Shown in pieces: positions 32,661 to 51,481 of a DNA stretch of 64,000 nucleotides. Position 1 is the stretch's first letter; each line of letters begins with the position of its first letter. Origin of the DNA: the human T2T-CHM13v2.0 reference genome, Homo sapiens; the NCBI RefSeq assembly GCF_009914755.1, contig NC_060928.1, one strand, 5' to 3'. The notes below the pieces were generated by a model. It saw nothing but the letters and a program-made list of their open reading frames with translations. It was not told the DNA's origin and made no database searches. The position numbers were made by a program, and so were the translations under genes.

Positions 32661-33648
32661 TCAGGCAGGAGGAAGACAGGATGAGCTTAGCAGGGCAAGG
32701 AACACAAGCAAGGTCAGTGCAGGAGCATGCAAACTGTCACACATGCTACCATCAGACGGGATGTGGGGTAGGTGATGGGGGCCTAGTAGGGAAGAACTGG
32801 GAGTTTGAATTTTACTCCAAGGGAAGCCATTGGCTAGTTAAGTAGAAGAGGAGTGGATCTGATTTACATTTATAAAGATCATTCCCTTCGTGATGCTAAA
32901 GGATAGTAGGAATACAGAATGGTAGGGTCGGGATAGTCTAATGACCATCTGAATTTAATCTGTTTCCTAAATTATCTAAGAAATAATGACATATCAAGGT
33001 AACCAGGCTTTAGTCACTAGTAAATGATTTAACTTAACTAAGCTTAGATAAGCTTAAATGTGATAGAATATATGATAAAAGGAGTTACGTTAATTTTTAT
33101 CATACAAAAATAATATGATTTACCTACTATCTGTTACTAGATAATAATTTCAGTTGGTCCTAACCCTTAGAGAAGCTGTGGGGAACAAGTGATACATTTT
33201 TGCACCAAGTAAGCTGAGATGGAGAAAATGTCCAGAGAACAGACTACAGATACACAACCCAGGAAGAAATGCAGGCTGTACAACCAACTGTTCTTCAGAT
33301 GCTCCATCAAGGATATGCAAGAATGGGAACAGTGTAGGCATCAGAAGCATCATCTTTGCATTTAGAAAATAACTCTTGGCTGGTTTATTTATGCAGAAAT
33401 CACCTCTTCTTGAATTTAGGGCATAGTTGTGGAGAGCTCCTGGTCAAGGGCTCTGTGCCCTGAGCATTTGACAAGAAGGTAGTCGGGTTCCAAGTTCCAT
33501 AATCATAGATGTCTGACAATATCTATTATCCCACTATGTCTTTTCCCCCAGCTTTCAATTTCTACTGACAATTCAAAGACCATTATTTTGCGTTTATTTG
33601 TCTAGAATGGCAGCATCTAGGGTAGTGAGCTAGAAATAACTCATCACA

Positions 33649-34140
<492 letters not shown>

Positions 34141-35108
34141 AATGAGGATTCTGTAACCAGGTTGCCAGAGGAAGGGAAGGAGGCAGGAACTCACCACACA
34201 TGAGCTATGTGTCCAGAAAACATTAACAGCTGCCTCCTCTCAAAGACAACTACCTTAAAATCTGTTGATATTCTAGGCGTAGGACAAAACTGGAGAATAG
34301 GAGAAACCATTTTGCATGAGCACAGGGTACTACATATGTATAATGAAACATCTTTAGAGAGTGTGGGTAATTCATCCTTCTTTCTCCGACCTATAGCACT
34401 TAAAAACCACTAGATGGCACAAATTTTTCTGTTTTTATTTTTATTTTTTCTTCAAGAAAGAGTCCTCACAGAAAACTGACGGTAAAAATAACGGTATTCT
34501 CTGAGCTGCTTTAGCAGAGTTAATAGTCTTCATATTCTCTGAAGAAGCAGAAGCTTGATCAATTCATTTTCCAAATATTGATGAATGGCCGAATATGTCA
34601 GAGTGCATCAGCATCTCTACTAACCACAATGAAGTTTGAGGAATTAATATTCTCTACCACCGATTTCACACATGATTCTGGGAGCCTCTTTTTCCCAGTG
34701 ATCTTTGTCTCCCCTCTTTCTCCCTGAACTTCATTTTAATGTTGGGGCACCCTCTGCACCCCATATGGCCAACAAGCTACCAAGATCCTTCTGCCCTTCC
34801 ATCAAATCGGCTCTGAGTTTTATCCCTTCCTCTCTATCCTTCCTGCTAAAATCCTGACACAGAGCTAAAACTCACTCTGAGTTTTTTCCAGTTACCATTC
34901 TCTTCCTTCATTCTCTCCTGTACATGGAGATGCCATTAATATTCGCAAAATACTGCTTCATCACGTCTCCGTACTACTAAGGACCTTATATTCATCTTCT
35001 AATATCATTTGAAAAAAGACTAAGCTCTCATCTTGACATTAAATTCTTTCTATTATCCTTTGCTTAACCCATTGTATCTTCTACCACCTAACATAAAAAC
35101 TCCTCTCC

Positions 35109-35448
35109 CATAAAAAATGATGAGTTCATGTCCTTTGTAGGGACATGGATGAAGCTGGAAACCATCATTCTCAGCAAACTATCGCAAGGACAAAAAAACC
35201 AAACACCGCATGTTCTCACCCATAGGTGGGAATTGAACAATGAGAACACATGGACACAGGAAGGGGCACATCACACACCGGGGCCTGTTGTGGGGTGGGG
35301 GGAGGGGGGAGGGATAGCATTAGGAGATATACCTAATGTTAAATTATGAGTTAATGGGTTCAGCACACCAACATGGCACATGTATACATACGTAACAAAC
35401 CTGCACGTTGTGCACATGTACCCTAAAACTTAAAGTATAAAAAAAAAA
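35109..35448 (+). mobile_element. 5'-truncated L1PA (L1PA4-like) 3' end
   Basis: ORF2 end, 3' UTR and poly(A); TSD AAAAACTCCTCTCC at 35095-35108 and 35449-35462. Confidence 0.95.
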
Positions 35449-35559
35449 AAAAACTCCTCTCCAATCAATCCACATAATGCTTTTGCAAAACATGATCCTA
35501 ACCATTATGGTGGGTTTGGGATTGATTGGCTGGTTGGTTGGTTGGTTAGTTGGTTAGTC

Positions 35560-35810
35560 GAGTGTCAGTATAGTATATTGATTAAGAGTGAGGATTCTAT
35601 AACCAGATTGCCAGAGTTGGCATTTCACCTCTACCATATACTAGATTTATAACTTAAGGTAAGTTACATCTTAGTGCTTCAGTTTCTTCATTTATGAAAT
35701 GGAGACAATACTGGTACCTCACTTACAGAGTTATTATGAGGATTAAAGGAGGTAATAGCTCAAGCTTTTTCAAGTGCCTGGCCCCGTTTAAGTGCTCATT
35801 GCACGTCAGC
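35560..35810 (+). mobile_element. MIR
   Basis: MIR core (cttcagtttcttcatttatgaaatggagacaata...gttattatgaggattaaa). Confidence 0.75.
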
Positions 35811-36118
35811 ATACCTTGTCTTTATTCCCAGAGTTGTGTCAAAAAACTCACAAAGCTGTGTAAAGGTAAACTGACTCTACCATTCAGATTTCTAGGCTCT
35901 CTTCCAATCTACACAGTGAAATTGTATGCCAAATTTCAAAACAACAAGAGCACAGTCCATTCTTGCCACTGCCAAATACATTGTTCCAGGTACACAGAAG
36001 TATTTTAACAAGCTTTAGCAAATCTCACACATGTTGAATTCTAAAATAAATCATTGCTGAGCAAGCTCTCTCTGGATTAGAGTATGCTGAGCCCATGTTT
36101 TATTCCTATTGTAGGTGA

Positions 36119-36460
<342 letters not shown>

Positions 36461-37216
36461 TAAAGCCCAAACATTTAAAAAAATTCTGTAGAAGTCTTTT
36501 AAAAACCCAGTACCACATTTTTTTCCTCATTGCCAGTAAAAACAATTGTTAATAAGAGAAGTGTATAATTTAAAGGATTGTGCCCACCACATGGTTACCA
36601 CATGGTAACCATAGTTACCATAGTTCAGGGCCCACCACATTTCAGACAAAATTGATAACTGGGGAAATGATACATTTGGGAACCAAAAATTTATATTTAT
36701 TTGTGTATATGTGTGTGTAAATATACAATTAGGAAATTATGTATATTCATAGAAAATAAGATAAAATCATAAAAAGCAAATTGCATTTGTGCTTCCTAGC
36801 TTATCCCCAATCCCATCAATTCTTGACTATAAAATAAGTGCTGTCTGTGAATTAAAAGACTATTCTATCCGATAGACATACAACACTATCATAACTAGGA
36901 AACAAAAAGCCGCAGTAAATAGACATTCCAGTTCATGCTGACTTGCAGATTGCGAAACATAATTGGAATCCATAAAATCTTTTTCCTGCTCACAATTGTT
37001 TCCACTGTGTTAGTTTAAAATGGGTTTGGCTAAAAGAAAGAGTAAAACCAAAATAGCAGTTACTTTAACTACATAATAATGTATTTCCCTCACCAGGACA
37101 GGAAGCCCGGAGGTAGTGAGTTCAAGGCTGACGTGGCACTTAATAAAATCTTGGAACCCAGGTTACTTCTACCTTGGTTCTTTCCATCTTCGACATAAAT
37201 TTTAAAGAATCCACTT

Positions 37217-37530
<314 letters not shown>

Positions 37531-37717
37531 AGAATCCACTCAACCTGGAAAAATGGTTGTCTCATTTTGGTGCCTTAAAAATTGATTAAAATGAAATTAC
37601 TTAGCTATAGTGGAAATTAGAATGAAGCAGGGCTGATTTTCCCAGTTTAGTACACTGTTTACTGACTATCTTGTTTGCCTGTAAGCATAAAAAACAACGG
37701 AAATTTTTATCAGGAGC

Positions 37718-38573
<856 letters not shown>

Positions 38574-39024
38574 GGACATTGAAGTTTTAAACTTTACCAT
38601 AGATCACTCAGCTAATACGACAGAGAGCCAGAAGTTAATCTCCAGCTTATAGGACTCCAGAATCTGGAGTGTGCATAACCAGCACACTTTCTCTTCAGAT
38701 AACCTTGAAAAAGACACTTGGCTTTAAAAAAAAAAAAAAAAAAAAAAAAAGCATATATACTTCTCTTTCTTTCTGCAAAGGGCTTAAATTGGCTAAAAAG
38801 ATATAACAAGATACAACTTAATTTTTAATAAGTAGATAAGGACATCCAGGCAAAAGGAAAAATTAGGGTAGGAAAAAATGGGTGAACTTGGTAGGGAGAA
38901 GGAGGCTGGCATACTATTTCAGCACAGAGCACAAATTTGTGATTAGTCACTCCTGGATTCATGTCCTGGCTCTGCCATTGGGTAATTCTGCCTTTCGAAA
39001 AATCATACAAATTCTCAAAGCCTC

Positions 39025-39403
39025 TGTGTTAGTCTGTTCTCATGCTGCTAATAAGAACATACCCAAAACTGGGTAATTTATAAAGGAAAGAGGTCTAATT
39101 GACTCACAGTTCAGCATGGCTGGGGAGGCCTCAGGAAACTTACAATCGTGGTGGAAGGGGAAGCAAACATGTCCTTCTTCATTTAGTGGCCAGAAGAAGA
39201 AGAATGAGCGAAACTGGGGGAAAGGCCCTTATAAAACCATCAGATCTTGTGAGAACTCACTCACTATCAGGTGAAAAGCATGGAGGTAACTGCCCCCATG
39301 ATTCTATTACCTCCACCTTGTCCCTCCCACAACACGTGGGGATTATGAGCACTGTAATTCAAGATGAGATTTGGGTGGATGGGGACACAGCCAAACCTTA
39401 TCA
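39025..39403 (-). mobile_element. THE1 (MaLR) solo LTR
   Basis: 5-bp TSD GCCTC; THE1-like termini. Confidence 0.88.
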
Positions 39404-39578
39404 GCCTCCATTCCCTCATCCATGTTTTGGGGATAATAATAGTACCTTCCCTGCAGAGTTGAAGTGAGAATTAAATAAAATAAATCATATAAAATGCCAA
39501 AGGGTGACTGTTAGTGGAGTCTTCTTCTTGGGAGTCTTCGTGATTAGAAATTTAGATAGAGCAATAAGATTCATCATC

Positions 39579-39902
<324 letters not shown>

Positions 39903-40734
39903 TTATTACAAAACCAATACAACTTGTATTCACTTAATCCACACACTGGGTCAATGTCTTTGTTTTAAATATCTGGCAATACAATACATTCCACACAAAT
40001 CAATTGCAAGGTGACATCACACATGTCACAAAAGATAAAAATCTGATGTAAGGGAAGGTAAAGTTATGGCCACTGGAATCCCTCAGGCAAAGCCACTGAC
40101 AAATGAGTGCTTAATAGAATTAGACCACCTATCCAATAAAGAAGAGATGGGTACATAAGCACCCCAAAATAGTGTGAAGTGAATGCCAAAGAAGTGAAAG
40201 ACATCTCAGAAAATTAATGATGCTTTGAATATTTTTTGCTAATGTTATCCTCTATAGAATTGTGCTATGAAAATCACAAGTAACAAGGAGAGTATTGTAT
40301 GGAGCTATGATGCAAATGTGTCAGAAAAGTGATGCTCCCCAACCCACCCACATCAACATCTCATCCATTATTTGTCTAAAATTAACTTTGAGTTGCAATT
40401 ACAAACTGCATTTTATTAAATGAGTAACATAATTTTATTTTCATTATTTTTAGTTTCAAGTTTCAATATAAAGTTTCATTCAAAGTGGTTTTTTGTTTTT
40501 GTTTTGCTATTTTATATTAAATTTTGCCCTGGCTCAAGTAAATTCACTTTAGTTGATCCATTCCAGTACCATTTATTCTCAGATTAAAAAGAAATTACCT
40601 GTTACAGAATGATATCCTCAACAGTGTTAGCCAACATCAGTTATCATCCAAGGAACTAGCTGGAGGCATGCTCTTAAATCTACTTACTTGTAGGAAATGG
40701 GCCAGACATTTGGGTCTTTTCTTTCTTTAAATCC

Positions 40735-41348
40735 AGCCAAGAGGAGAAAACTGACAACATCGAACTTTATCTGAGCTCTGTGCTTCTGGAAAGCAGGTAT
40801 AGTCCAGAAATTCCACCAACCTTTTATTTTCTGAAATCTCCCCACTCTTATTTTCCAGGAAATGGCTTAAGGAAAAGAACTACCTTTCCCCTTATGACAT
40901 AGATAAGACTCACTGTCCACTCTTTCTCCTGACTTCCCTAAGACCCATGAAGACTCCCTTGTTTACCTGAGCCTTGGACAAATACAGACCTTTCCTCTTT
41001 TGCCTGAAGCTGCAGACAAGAACAGACACAGACCTTTCAACTCCTTGTTCTTTGTCTCATGAATGATTTAGCTGAGATTTGAACTGTTTGTCCTTCTGAA
41101 ACTAGCCAGATAGATAGAGCTAAACATTTGCATTACAGCTATTTGAGACTTCTCCTGATAGCAAAACAATCCCAACTATAAATCATCTTACCTATAACTT
41201 TTCTACTCCTCCCTATAAAATTCTGCAGTAAAACTACCCTGCCAAGCTACTTTGATCTCTGGATTTGAGGTGCTCTCCCTATAGTAATAGCTTGAATAAA
41301 ATCAATCTGCTTACTTGTGCGCACACGTTTGTGTGTGTGTCTTTGACA
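40735..41348 (+). mobile_element. ERV1-class solo LTR (MER90/MER110-like)
   Basis: gaactttatctgagctctgtgc near start, TATA-like cctataaaa, AATAAA, ends tctttgaca. Confidence 0.55.
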
Positions 41349-43793
41349 AAACACAGTCTGGTCCCTATATATGACAAACTGGTGTGGATAGGATAAAAAG
41401 TAATATAGTTGCTTAGTAGGATTACAGCTATTTCTGGCATGGAGAAAAGAGACAATGGCTCACTAGAAAAGAATCTCATTAGGGGCTCTAGCTCAGGGAT
41501 GTTGGAACTTTTTCCAGTAAAACCCTTTTCCAGATCTGCTCCCTCACCTACAACACATTTACCCATGTGTGTGCAGCTGAAAGGAAAGTTTCATAAACTC
41601 AGCCTCTCTACAGGTGATATACTCCAATACTTTGCATTCTGTTTTGTTCTTTTTTGCAAGGCTGGTGGCAATTCACCTAAACTACATGTCAATCTCCCAG
41701 GCAGAAACCTTCACTAATTGGCCATTGCCTGCAGAATAAAATGAAAATTTCCAAGGCTTTTGAGCATTCTTATTGTTCCAAGTAGAAAATGTCCACCTGT
41801 CCACCAATAATCCCCTCCTCCCCCTCTACTTGAATCTTACTTATTCTTCAAATAAGTCATTTTCTCTCTTCTTTAATCAGTCTAACCCAAAATGAACTCC
41901 CTCTCTGTGGAACTTTCATAGAGCATTTTAATATTTCACTAATTTGGTGCTTATCTTCATCACCTTGTACTATTGGTTATGTTTATATGAGTAGGAAAAT
42001 AGACTATAAAATAATGAACTAGAGTTCCATGATTTGTTACCTGACTTGGTTGACCATTCAGCAAGTATACTTTTTTACATGCTGTTTGCAAGAAGGCACT
42101 GTAGAGGCATGGGCACAGATGAAAAATTAGCCAATTACCAGTCTTGCCCTTAAAGTTTAGAGTCTCAGAGGAGAGGTAATACAGGTAGGAAAGTACAGGA
42201 TGGTAATTCCTATTCACATAAAAATACAATTCTTCATCCCTGTGTGAAGCCTTTCCTTGAATGGCTGAAAATAAAATAGCAAACTAACAAAAGCATGTTT
42301 TAAAGATAATAAGAAATCACTCTTTGCATGTCATCTAGAATGTAAGCTCCATAATGCAGATTTGGTCTGTTTAACCACTGCTCATCCCAGCACCTAGAAC
42401 ACTATTTGGGAAATAGGTGGTTTTCAGTAACTCATTACTGGATAAATTAATAAATACCTAGAGCTTATTTCTTTAGAGAAGCTCAACATATGAGTTTCAC
42501 ATTTCATGAGCATTATACATCATCTTACTCATTCTATAGCTCTTCCTACCACTTTTTACCTAATAATAGTTCATGTTGCTTTATCTATATTAATAATTTA
42601 ATCCTAAGATTAGGCCTATGAGGCAGGTATTGTTATAATGCTACACTAAATCTAAAATCCTCAGAAATACTCATTAGGATCTCATGGACTTGTATATGAG
42701 CAGAATCACAGGCTGATTTACGCAAAAAGATGATATATGGGCTATTCATAAACCTCCTTCTTGAAAACTCAGTGACATGAAGCACAAATTAATTCAGAAT
42801 AACACAAATCAATGTAGACAGGCTTTTCATGATGGTCTTCAATGTATATTTGATCAACTTTCTGTAATGTTCAGGTTTGATATATTCATGAATTGAAAAC
42901 AGATTTTAATGTCTGTCAAACAAAACATGACCAGGATAGGCATGCCCTCAGGGCAGAAGAAATTATATTCTGCATGCCAAAGTCAAATATAAATGGCGTG
43001 GTATATTTCCATTTTTTGTGTTACCCAGACCACTGCTTCCTTGTATTTTCTTAAATTATATAGAATCATTTTGCACCTATTTCGTTGTTCTTTAGTTTTT
43101 AAATTCACCACTGTGAAGCTGCAGTATCAGTTTAGAAGAGATTAGTATAACAGTCTCTTTATATCTCTAGAGGTAGCACATAGTGACGCGGCAGTAGCTG
43201 CTCTTTCCTGCCTGAATCATATTGCTGTCCACCTGCACACTAGGCCCTGTCTTTGAAAGTTGTCTGGTGTAATGACCAGTAGGAAGTGATAAAATGTAAG
43301 TGACCCATCAGGGAATTATAAGGATGTTCTGGGAAGGTAATGATCCTTCATCAAAGGTGTGTCCAGCCTCTTGACAAGCAGTAGCTATCCAGCATCCCCA
43401 TGCCAGACACTCCCTTCCAGAATAGCTGTAACTGCCAGGTGAACAGTCTTGGTGACTTCGTCCATGATGCACAGAGTTTTAGAGAAAGTAAGCCCAAGGC
43501 TGGCAGATCCCCAGTCCAGGTTAGAATCGACTTTATAATTTTAGAAAGTCTTAGGTTTTAAAACTTGATGTCTGTTAAGAATTCATTTAGATATTACATA
43601 TATTGCTGTTGTCCAACTGTGTCAATGTGGCCAAAGGCCCTACAGCACTACAGCACAGAAAGATATCGGTTCATAAAGAAAAATTGCCACTGCTGTGATT
43701 CTATATTAATCAGACAGCAATAAGCATGTTTGTTGTTTAAGAAGATCCCTACCGTTTTTTCAAAGCTGGCCTCACAAACCAGAGTCAAAGTCA

Positions 43794-43942
<149 letters not shown>

Positions 43943-45840
43943 CATAAACCTTTCAGCACTCAAGAGTAGTGAGGCAAAATCAAGTAGGGAAGCTACAAAT
44001 TTGTACCCAGGTAAACAGATTAAAAAAAAAAATTTTATTTTGCAATGCCACCTCATTCTTCTCCAAAATCAACATTAAGCACAAAACAAAAGTTTAATAC
44101 ACACCTCTAATAATATACAAAATGATTTGATAGTACCAGCACACATTTAGGGAGTTATATGTGATGACTCGATGAAAAATTTATTCCCTTGGTACACAAT
44201 TTGGGTTGTCTGCAAAATAAGAACTGACGATATCTATAGCACAAAAATAATATTTTGAGTGTTCACTGTCTGCCAAGCACTTAACATATTTAAGCCTCCT
44301 TTCATCCCTATGACCACATTGTAAAGCAGGGAAGTAATGCTATGTCTACTTTGGAGATAAGGAAAATGAAATTCCCAGAAGCAATGTGCCCAAGGAGAGG
44401 AAGAGGCAGGAAGAGCTCGGTGAGCATGATCATGGCTCAGGTTCTCCATCCACATGCCTAAGACAGGGGTGAGTGTGAAGATGGGAACTGACTCAGAATT
44501 AACTGTGTGATCATGGGCAAGTTGCCAAGTTAACCCTCATATCTAAATTCAGGTATCCTTGAACAAACATAGACAGATACTGATGATCCGCCATGTTTAC
44601 TATAACCATAAACTCTTTGTGAATTAAAAATGGCCTCTCAACCTGGAAAAAATGTAAAATAATATTGAGAATGGAATCCACTAAACAGGAAAAAAAAAAA
44701 AAACTCCAGCGCATCAGCTACATCTTTTTCAACTGAGGGTTTCTTTAACTACCTTAAAGTTGTGTTTGTAATTAACTAGGTTTGATTGAACATAAATTAA
44801 ATGTCTTTTGGTCGCAGAGAAGTTCAACATTCGGGTATGTATGCCTAAAACACTGTAGTCTTAGAGAATGTCATGAAGACTGTGTTCATTTCTAATTCTT
44901 CAGTAATTAGAGGTGGGTTTACATTTTGGTCACCGCAGCTATTTCCGTAGCATGTGGCTAAACTATTGGGCATGCTGAGCTAATACTTCACAACATAGTT
45001 CTGCGGGTGCCAAAGGCCACAGGCACCAAGGTTTCCAGTTAAATTGTTAGGAAAAAAATGCCAAAATGTCTGGATCCTGAATTGGAAGCTTCTGCTTCTT
45101 CTTCGTAAAAGTGAGGAAAGCCCCTATTAGCAAAAGACCAAACTGAGATTAGTGGCCAATCTGTAGACTTTCTATTATTTCACATAGTTTTAAAGTTATT
45201 TTTCTGCAAATTTTTGTCATGGAAAAGTCAGCAATTTTTTTTTGCAATTTTTCTGTTATCTCTGAATACAATGACTCTTCTGCCTTTATAAACCAAATTG
45301 TCCAAAATTAAGAAGACATGGCCATAAGTGAGACTGAGGTCTTCCTATTTATCTCAACTGAAAGCCACAAACTTGCATGGAATGAGACTGTTCATTATTT
45401 ACCAGGGCAAATTTCAGGCTTGTTTTAAATGAAATCAAAATATCCTCTCTGCATCAATGTTCCTGACACACATATTTAGGGATATAGAGGAATCAATAAA
45501 GTTATGCTTTAAAAGAAGGATTATTAATCTATTTAATATGGATTGTTAGAGGTGGAGACAGCAAATTTTGAGAACAGGCAACAAACTGGTTTTTTGGCAT
45601 GTCTTAGAAGTAATTGCAGCAGCCAGCCAGTAGACGGCAATGTTTGACAAACACCCGAATCCAAGAAAAATAATTTTGCTCTGTTGTGTCCCGGTGCTGC
45701 CTGTGTAAAACTAATTTCACACCAGCCACCATGCTAAACACTGGGAATGCCAAAGCTTTGTCTTTTTCCCCAGTGAACTGTGAGCAATGCATGCAACTCT
45801 TCCAGATAATCCCTTAATCATATTTAAAAATAGGAATAGT

Positions 45841-46186
<346 letters not shown>

Positions 46187-46499
46187 CTAGGCCAGGTGTG
46201 TCCTGAAGGCCTTTGTAGATCAATGAATCCTAATACTGGTAAACTGGATTATTTTAAAATAGAAGCTGTAAAAGGATCAGTAGCTCTACAATGAGGAAGA
46301 ACAGAATGAATGCCTACAAAGGCATTAATAACTGTGTGTATTATCAAACACTGTTTTTATAATACTATTTTTGAAATCTCAGAAAATGTGCATTAAATTC
46401 TAAAATTCTAAAAATTAGCCAAAACCAGACAAACCTAAAACCATAATGGGATACTACTACACATCTATTAGAATGACTAAAATTTAAATATATATACTA

Positions 46500-46803
46500 C
46501 TTTTTTTAATTTTTATTTTTCTTAAAGACAGTGACTTGCTGTGTCACCCAGGCTAGGTAAAGTGGCACAATCATAGCTCACTGAAGCCTCAAACTCCTGG
46601 GCTAAAGCAGTCCTCTTATTTCTGCCTACTAGTAGCTAGGACTAGAGGCACATGCAACCACACCCGGCTATTTTTTAATTTTGGTACAGACAGGGGTCTT
46701 GCTATGTTGCCCAGGCAGGTCGCAAACTCCTGGCCTCAAGCAATTGTCCCACCTCCACCTCTCAAAGTGCTGGGATTACAGGTGTGAGCCACCATTCCTG
46801 GCC
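46500..46803 (-). mobile_element. AluJ inside an L1M 3' fragment (~46430-48030)
   Basis: Diverged reverse Alu; (CA)n at ~46824-46855. Confidence 0.88.
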
Positions 46804-46820
46804 CTACATATACTACATTT

Positions 46821-46857
<37 letters not shown>

Positions 46858-47220
46858 ACCAAGTACTGCTGAAGATGAAGAACTACTGGAATTCTCATAT
46901 GTTGCTGGTGGGAACGCAAAATGGTACAGCCAGTTTGGAAAGCAGTTTGGAATTTCTTACAAAGATAAAACATATGCTTACCAAAGGACCAAACAATCCT
47001 ACTCCCAGTACTTACCTTCACTCAAGAACATTTACACAAATGTTTATACCATTATTCACAATTGCCAAAAAATGAGAACAGCCCAAATGTCCTTTAGCAG
47101 GTAAATGAATAAACAGACTCTAATACATTTATAAACCAGAATATTATTAAGCAATAAAAAAGAAACAAACTATTGATACATGCAACAATATGAATGAATC
47201 TCAAATGTGTTTTGCTAAGT

Positions 47221-47440
47221 TAGTGTTTCTCAACCTCATTATTGTTTTAGGCCAGATCATTCTTTGTTGTAGGGGGCTGTCCTAAGCATAGGAGGACTTT
47301 TAGCAGCCTCCTTGCCTCTTCCCACTAGATCCATGTTGCACTTCCCCAACCCACCTCGTTGTGGCAACCGATAATGTCTCCAGAGACTGCCAAATGTCCC
47401 CTGGAGAGGCCAAGGTTTTTCCCAGGTGAGACCCACTGTG
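47221..47440 (-). mobile_element. MER20 hAT DNA transposon
   Basis: TIR-like ends tagtgtttctcaacc...ggtgagacccactg; MER20-like body. Confidence 0.8.
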
Positions 47441-47684
47441 CCAAGCAAAAAGAGCCAACTTCATAAGATTACATAGTGGATGCTTCCACCTATGTAACAT
47501 TGTGGAAAAGGCCAAACCGCAGAAACAGAAAACAGCACAGTGGCTGCCAGGCATTAAGGCCAGGAAGAAGATTTGACTACAAAGGAGTAGCACGGGGAAT
47601 TGCACAAGCCAGAATCTTGTTCCACATCTTGATGATGCGTGATACATTTGTCTGTGCATTTATCAAAACTCATGGGCCTATCTA

Positions 47685-49465
<1,781 letters not shown>

Positions 49466-50635
49466 AAATACATACACACATAAAAAGAAAAATATGTGAT
49501 ATATCTTGCTAAAATAAAATAATTAATTTTTTGCCTGTACTGACATTTTCACTTCATTTATATGAATTTTCCTGTAACTACTTATACAGAAAAACCTCAG
49601 AAAATGTGAAAAAAAGAAGCAGTTTTCTTCATGACATAACATTTTAAAAATTAACTCTCAAAGTACTGCTTTAGTAACTTGGAAATGACAAGAATTCCAG
49701 GCATTATTTTCCCTCACCAGAGCATAATAAATTCCCCTGCTTACACATCATTGGCTGGAAGAATGGTGGCCCTAAAAATAAAAATTAAAAGTACAACTAA
49801 CGATGAAGAAAGTTGGGGGCGAGGGCCCAGCTGGGAGTTGAGACTAATACTGTGGGAGTGGTAACTGCACATCAAGACTTTCTCACCACTCCCCAGGGAG
49901 ATGTAAAATATATGATTAAGGGGACAAAAGACGTTCCAAGCTTGACTCCCAAGACTGCTCGCCTTTGAGTTATTATAGACTAATGACCGCAGTTTGGCTA
50001 GCTCTCTAACTGAACCCTGAAACAAACAGGAGTTTTATTTGTGGTGGGTAAATGTAACTGCTAGACGCCGTTGGTTCTTGATAGTATTATATGTCACGTT
50101 TTGGATAACGTATTTTTCCTAATACAGAAAAAGTCATTTGATGAGTATAAGAAAACTTTCTAAAAAGATGGCAGAACAACCACAAACAGGTAGAATCAGA
50201 TAGTATATAATGAATTTTGTATGAAAGGAAATTCAGCACTAAGCCAGTAAATTGAAGAATATGGTTTGTTGATTCCTGTTGAAGGGACTACAAAGATGCT
50301 GGGAGAAATAAGACTTACTAACAGTTTGCTTCCTACAGTGCTGAAATGGAAATAAGAAAGGCCTAGGTTTGGGAATCCTGGGTCCTACTTATGAGCCTGA
50401 GAATCACAAGAATCAATACAGAATCATCTCAAGGAGTTGTGCCATAGCTGGGCTCATTGGACTAATTATATAAATAGGATGCTTTTGGAGTGCTGTGTTT
50501 GGAAAAGAAGAAATTAGTAGCCATACACAAAATCAAATGATCTTTGCTATCATCAGCCGCTCCCCAAGGTTTTGTTTGTTTATTTGTTTGGGTTTTTTTT
50601 TTTAATTCCGTGAGTTGTAAAAATAATCTTGTAAA

Positions 50636-50948
50636 GCCGGGCGCGGTGGCTCACGCCTGTAATCCCAGCACTTTGGGAGGCCGAGGCGGGCGGATTGCCT
50701 GAGCTCAGGAGTTCGAAACCAGCTTGGGCAACGTGGCAAAACCTTGTCTCTACTAAAAATACAAAAAAGTTAGCCGGGTGTGGTGGCATGCACCTGTAAT
50801 CCCAGCTACTCAGGAGGCTGAGGCAGGAGAATCACTTGAACCCAGGAGGCGGAGGTTGCGGTAAGCAGAGATCATGTCACTGCACTCCAGCCTGGCGACA
50901 GAGCAAGACTATCTCAAAAAAATAAATAAATAAAAAATAAAAAAAAAA
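50636..50948 (+). mobile_element. AluS
   Basis: Full Alu flanked by aatcttgtaa. Confidence 0.94.
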
Positions 50949-51284
50949 TCTTGTAACATTTACTAAAAGAAGAATGATTTCTTCATGACAAGAGCAATTA
51001 AAAACACTCCAAAATGGGTTTCTTTAACTATTTTTTTGCTTGTTTGTTTACACTTTGTTTTTCAAAATTTTATTAACTAACTCCAAAGTTCAAAGTCCAT
51101 CATCAAACATTAGTAAGATTCAATCTCCTGCTCTATATAATGGAGATAACAACACGTATCAAGGTTTTTGTGAGAATCAAATGGTATGGAAACTATAAAA
51201 TAGTAACCATATTTAAGGAATTATTTATGTAGGTACCAAATATATTTTCTTTGTTATTGAAATGAATTTGAGATACAGATCCAA

Positions 51285-51329
51285 TGTTCAGCTATGCAAT
51301 GCATATATTTACATAATCTTTAAACTTAT

Positions 51330-51360
<31 letters not shown>

Positions 51361-51481
51361 CTTTAACCTTAATCTTATTCAGTGTTCAGCTATGCAATGC
51401 ATATATTTACATAATCTTTAAGCTTCTTGTGTGTGTATGCACATATATATATATATACACATATATACATATATCTTTAAC
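51285..51481 (+). repeat. Near-tandem duplication (51285-51367, 51383-51481) containing (TG)n(TA)n
   Basis: tgttcagctatgcaatgcatatatttacataatctttaa present twice. Confidence 0.9.

Noticed and set aside
36583-36640. Short repeated and palindromic motif ccacatggttaccacatggtaaccatag
   Set aside because: Too short to distinguish from local slippage
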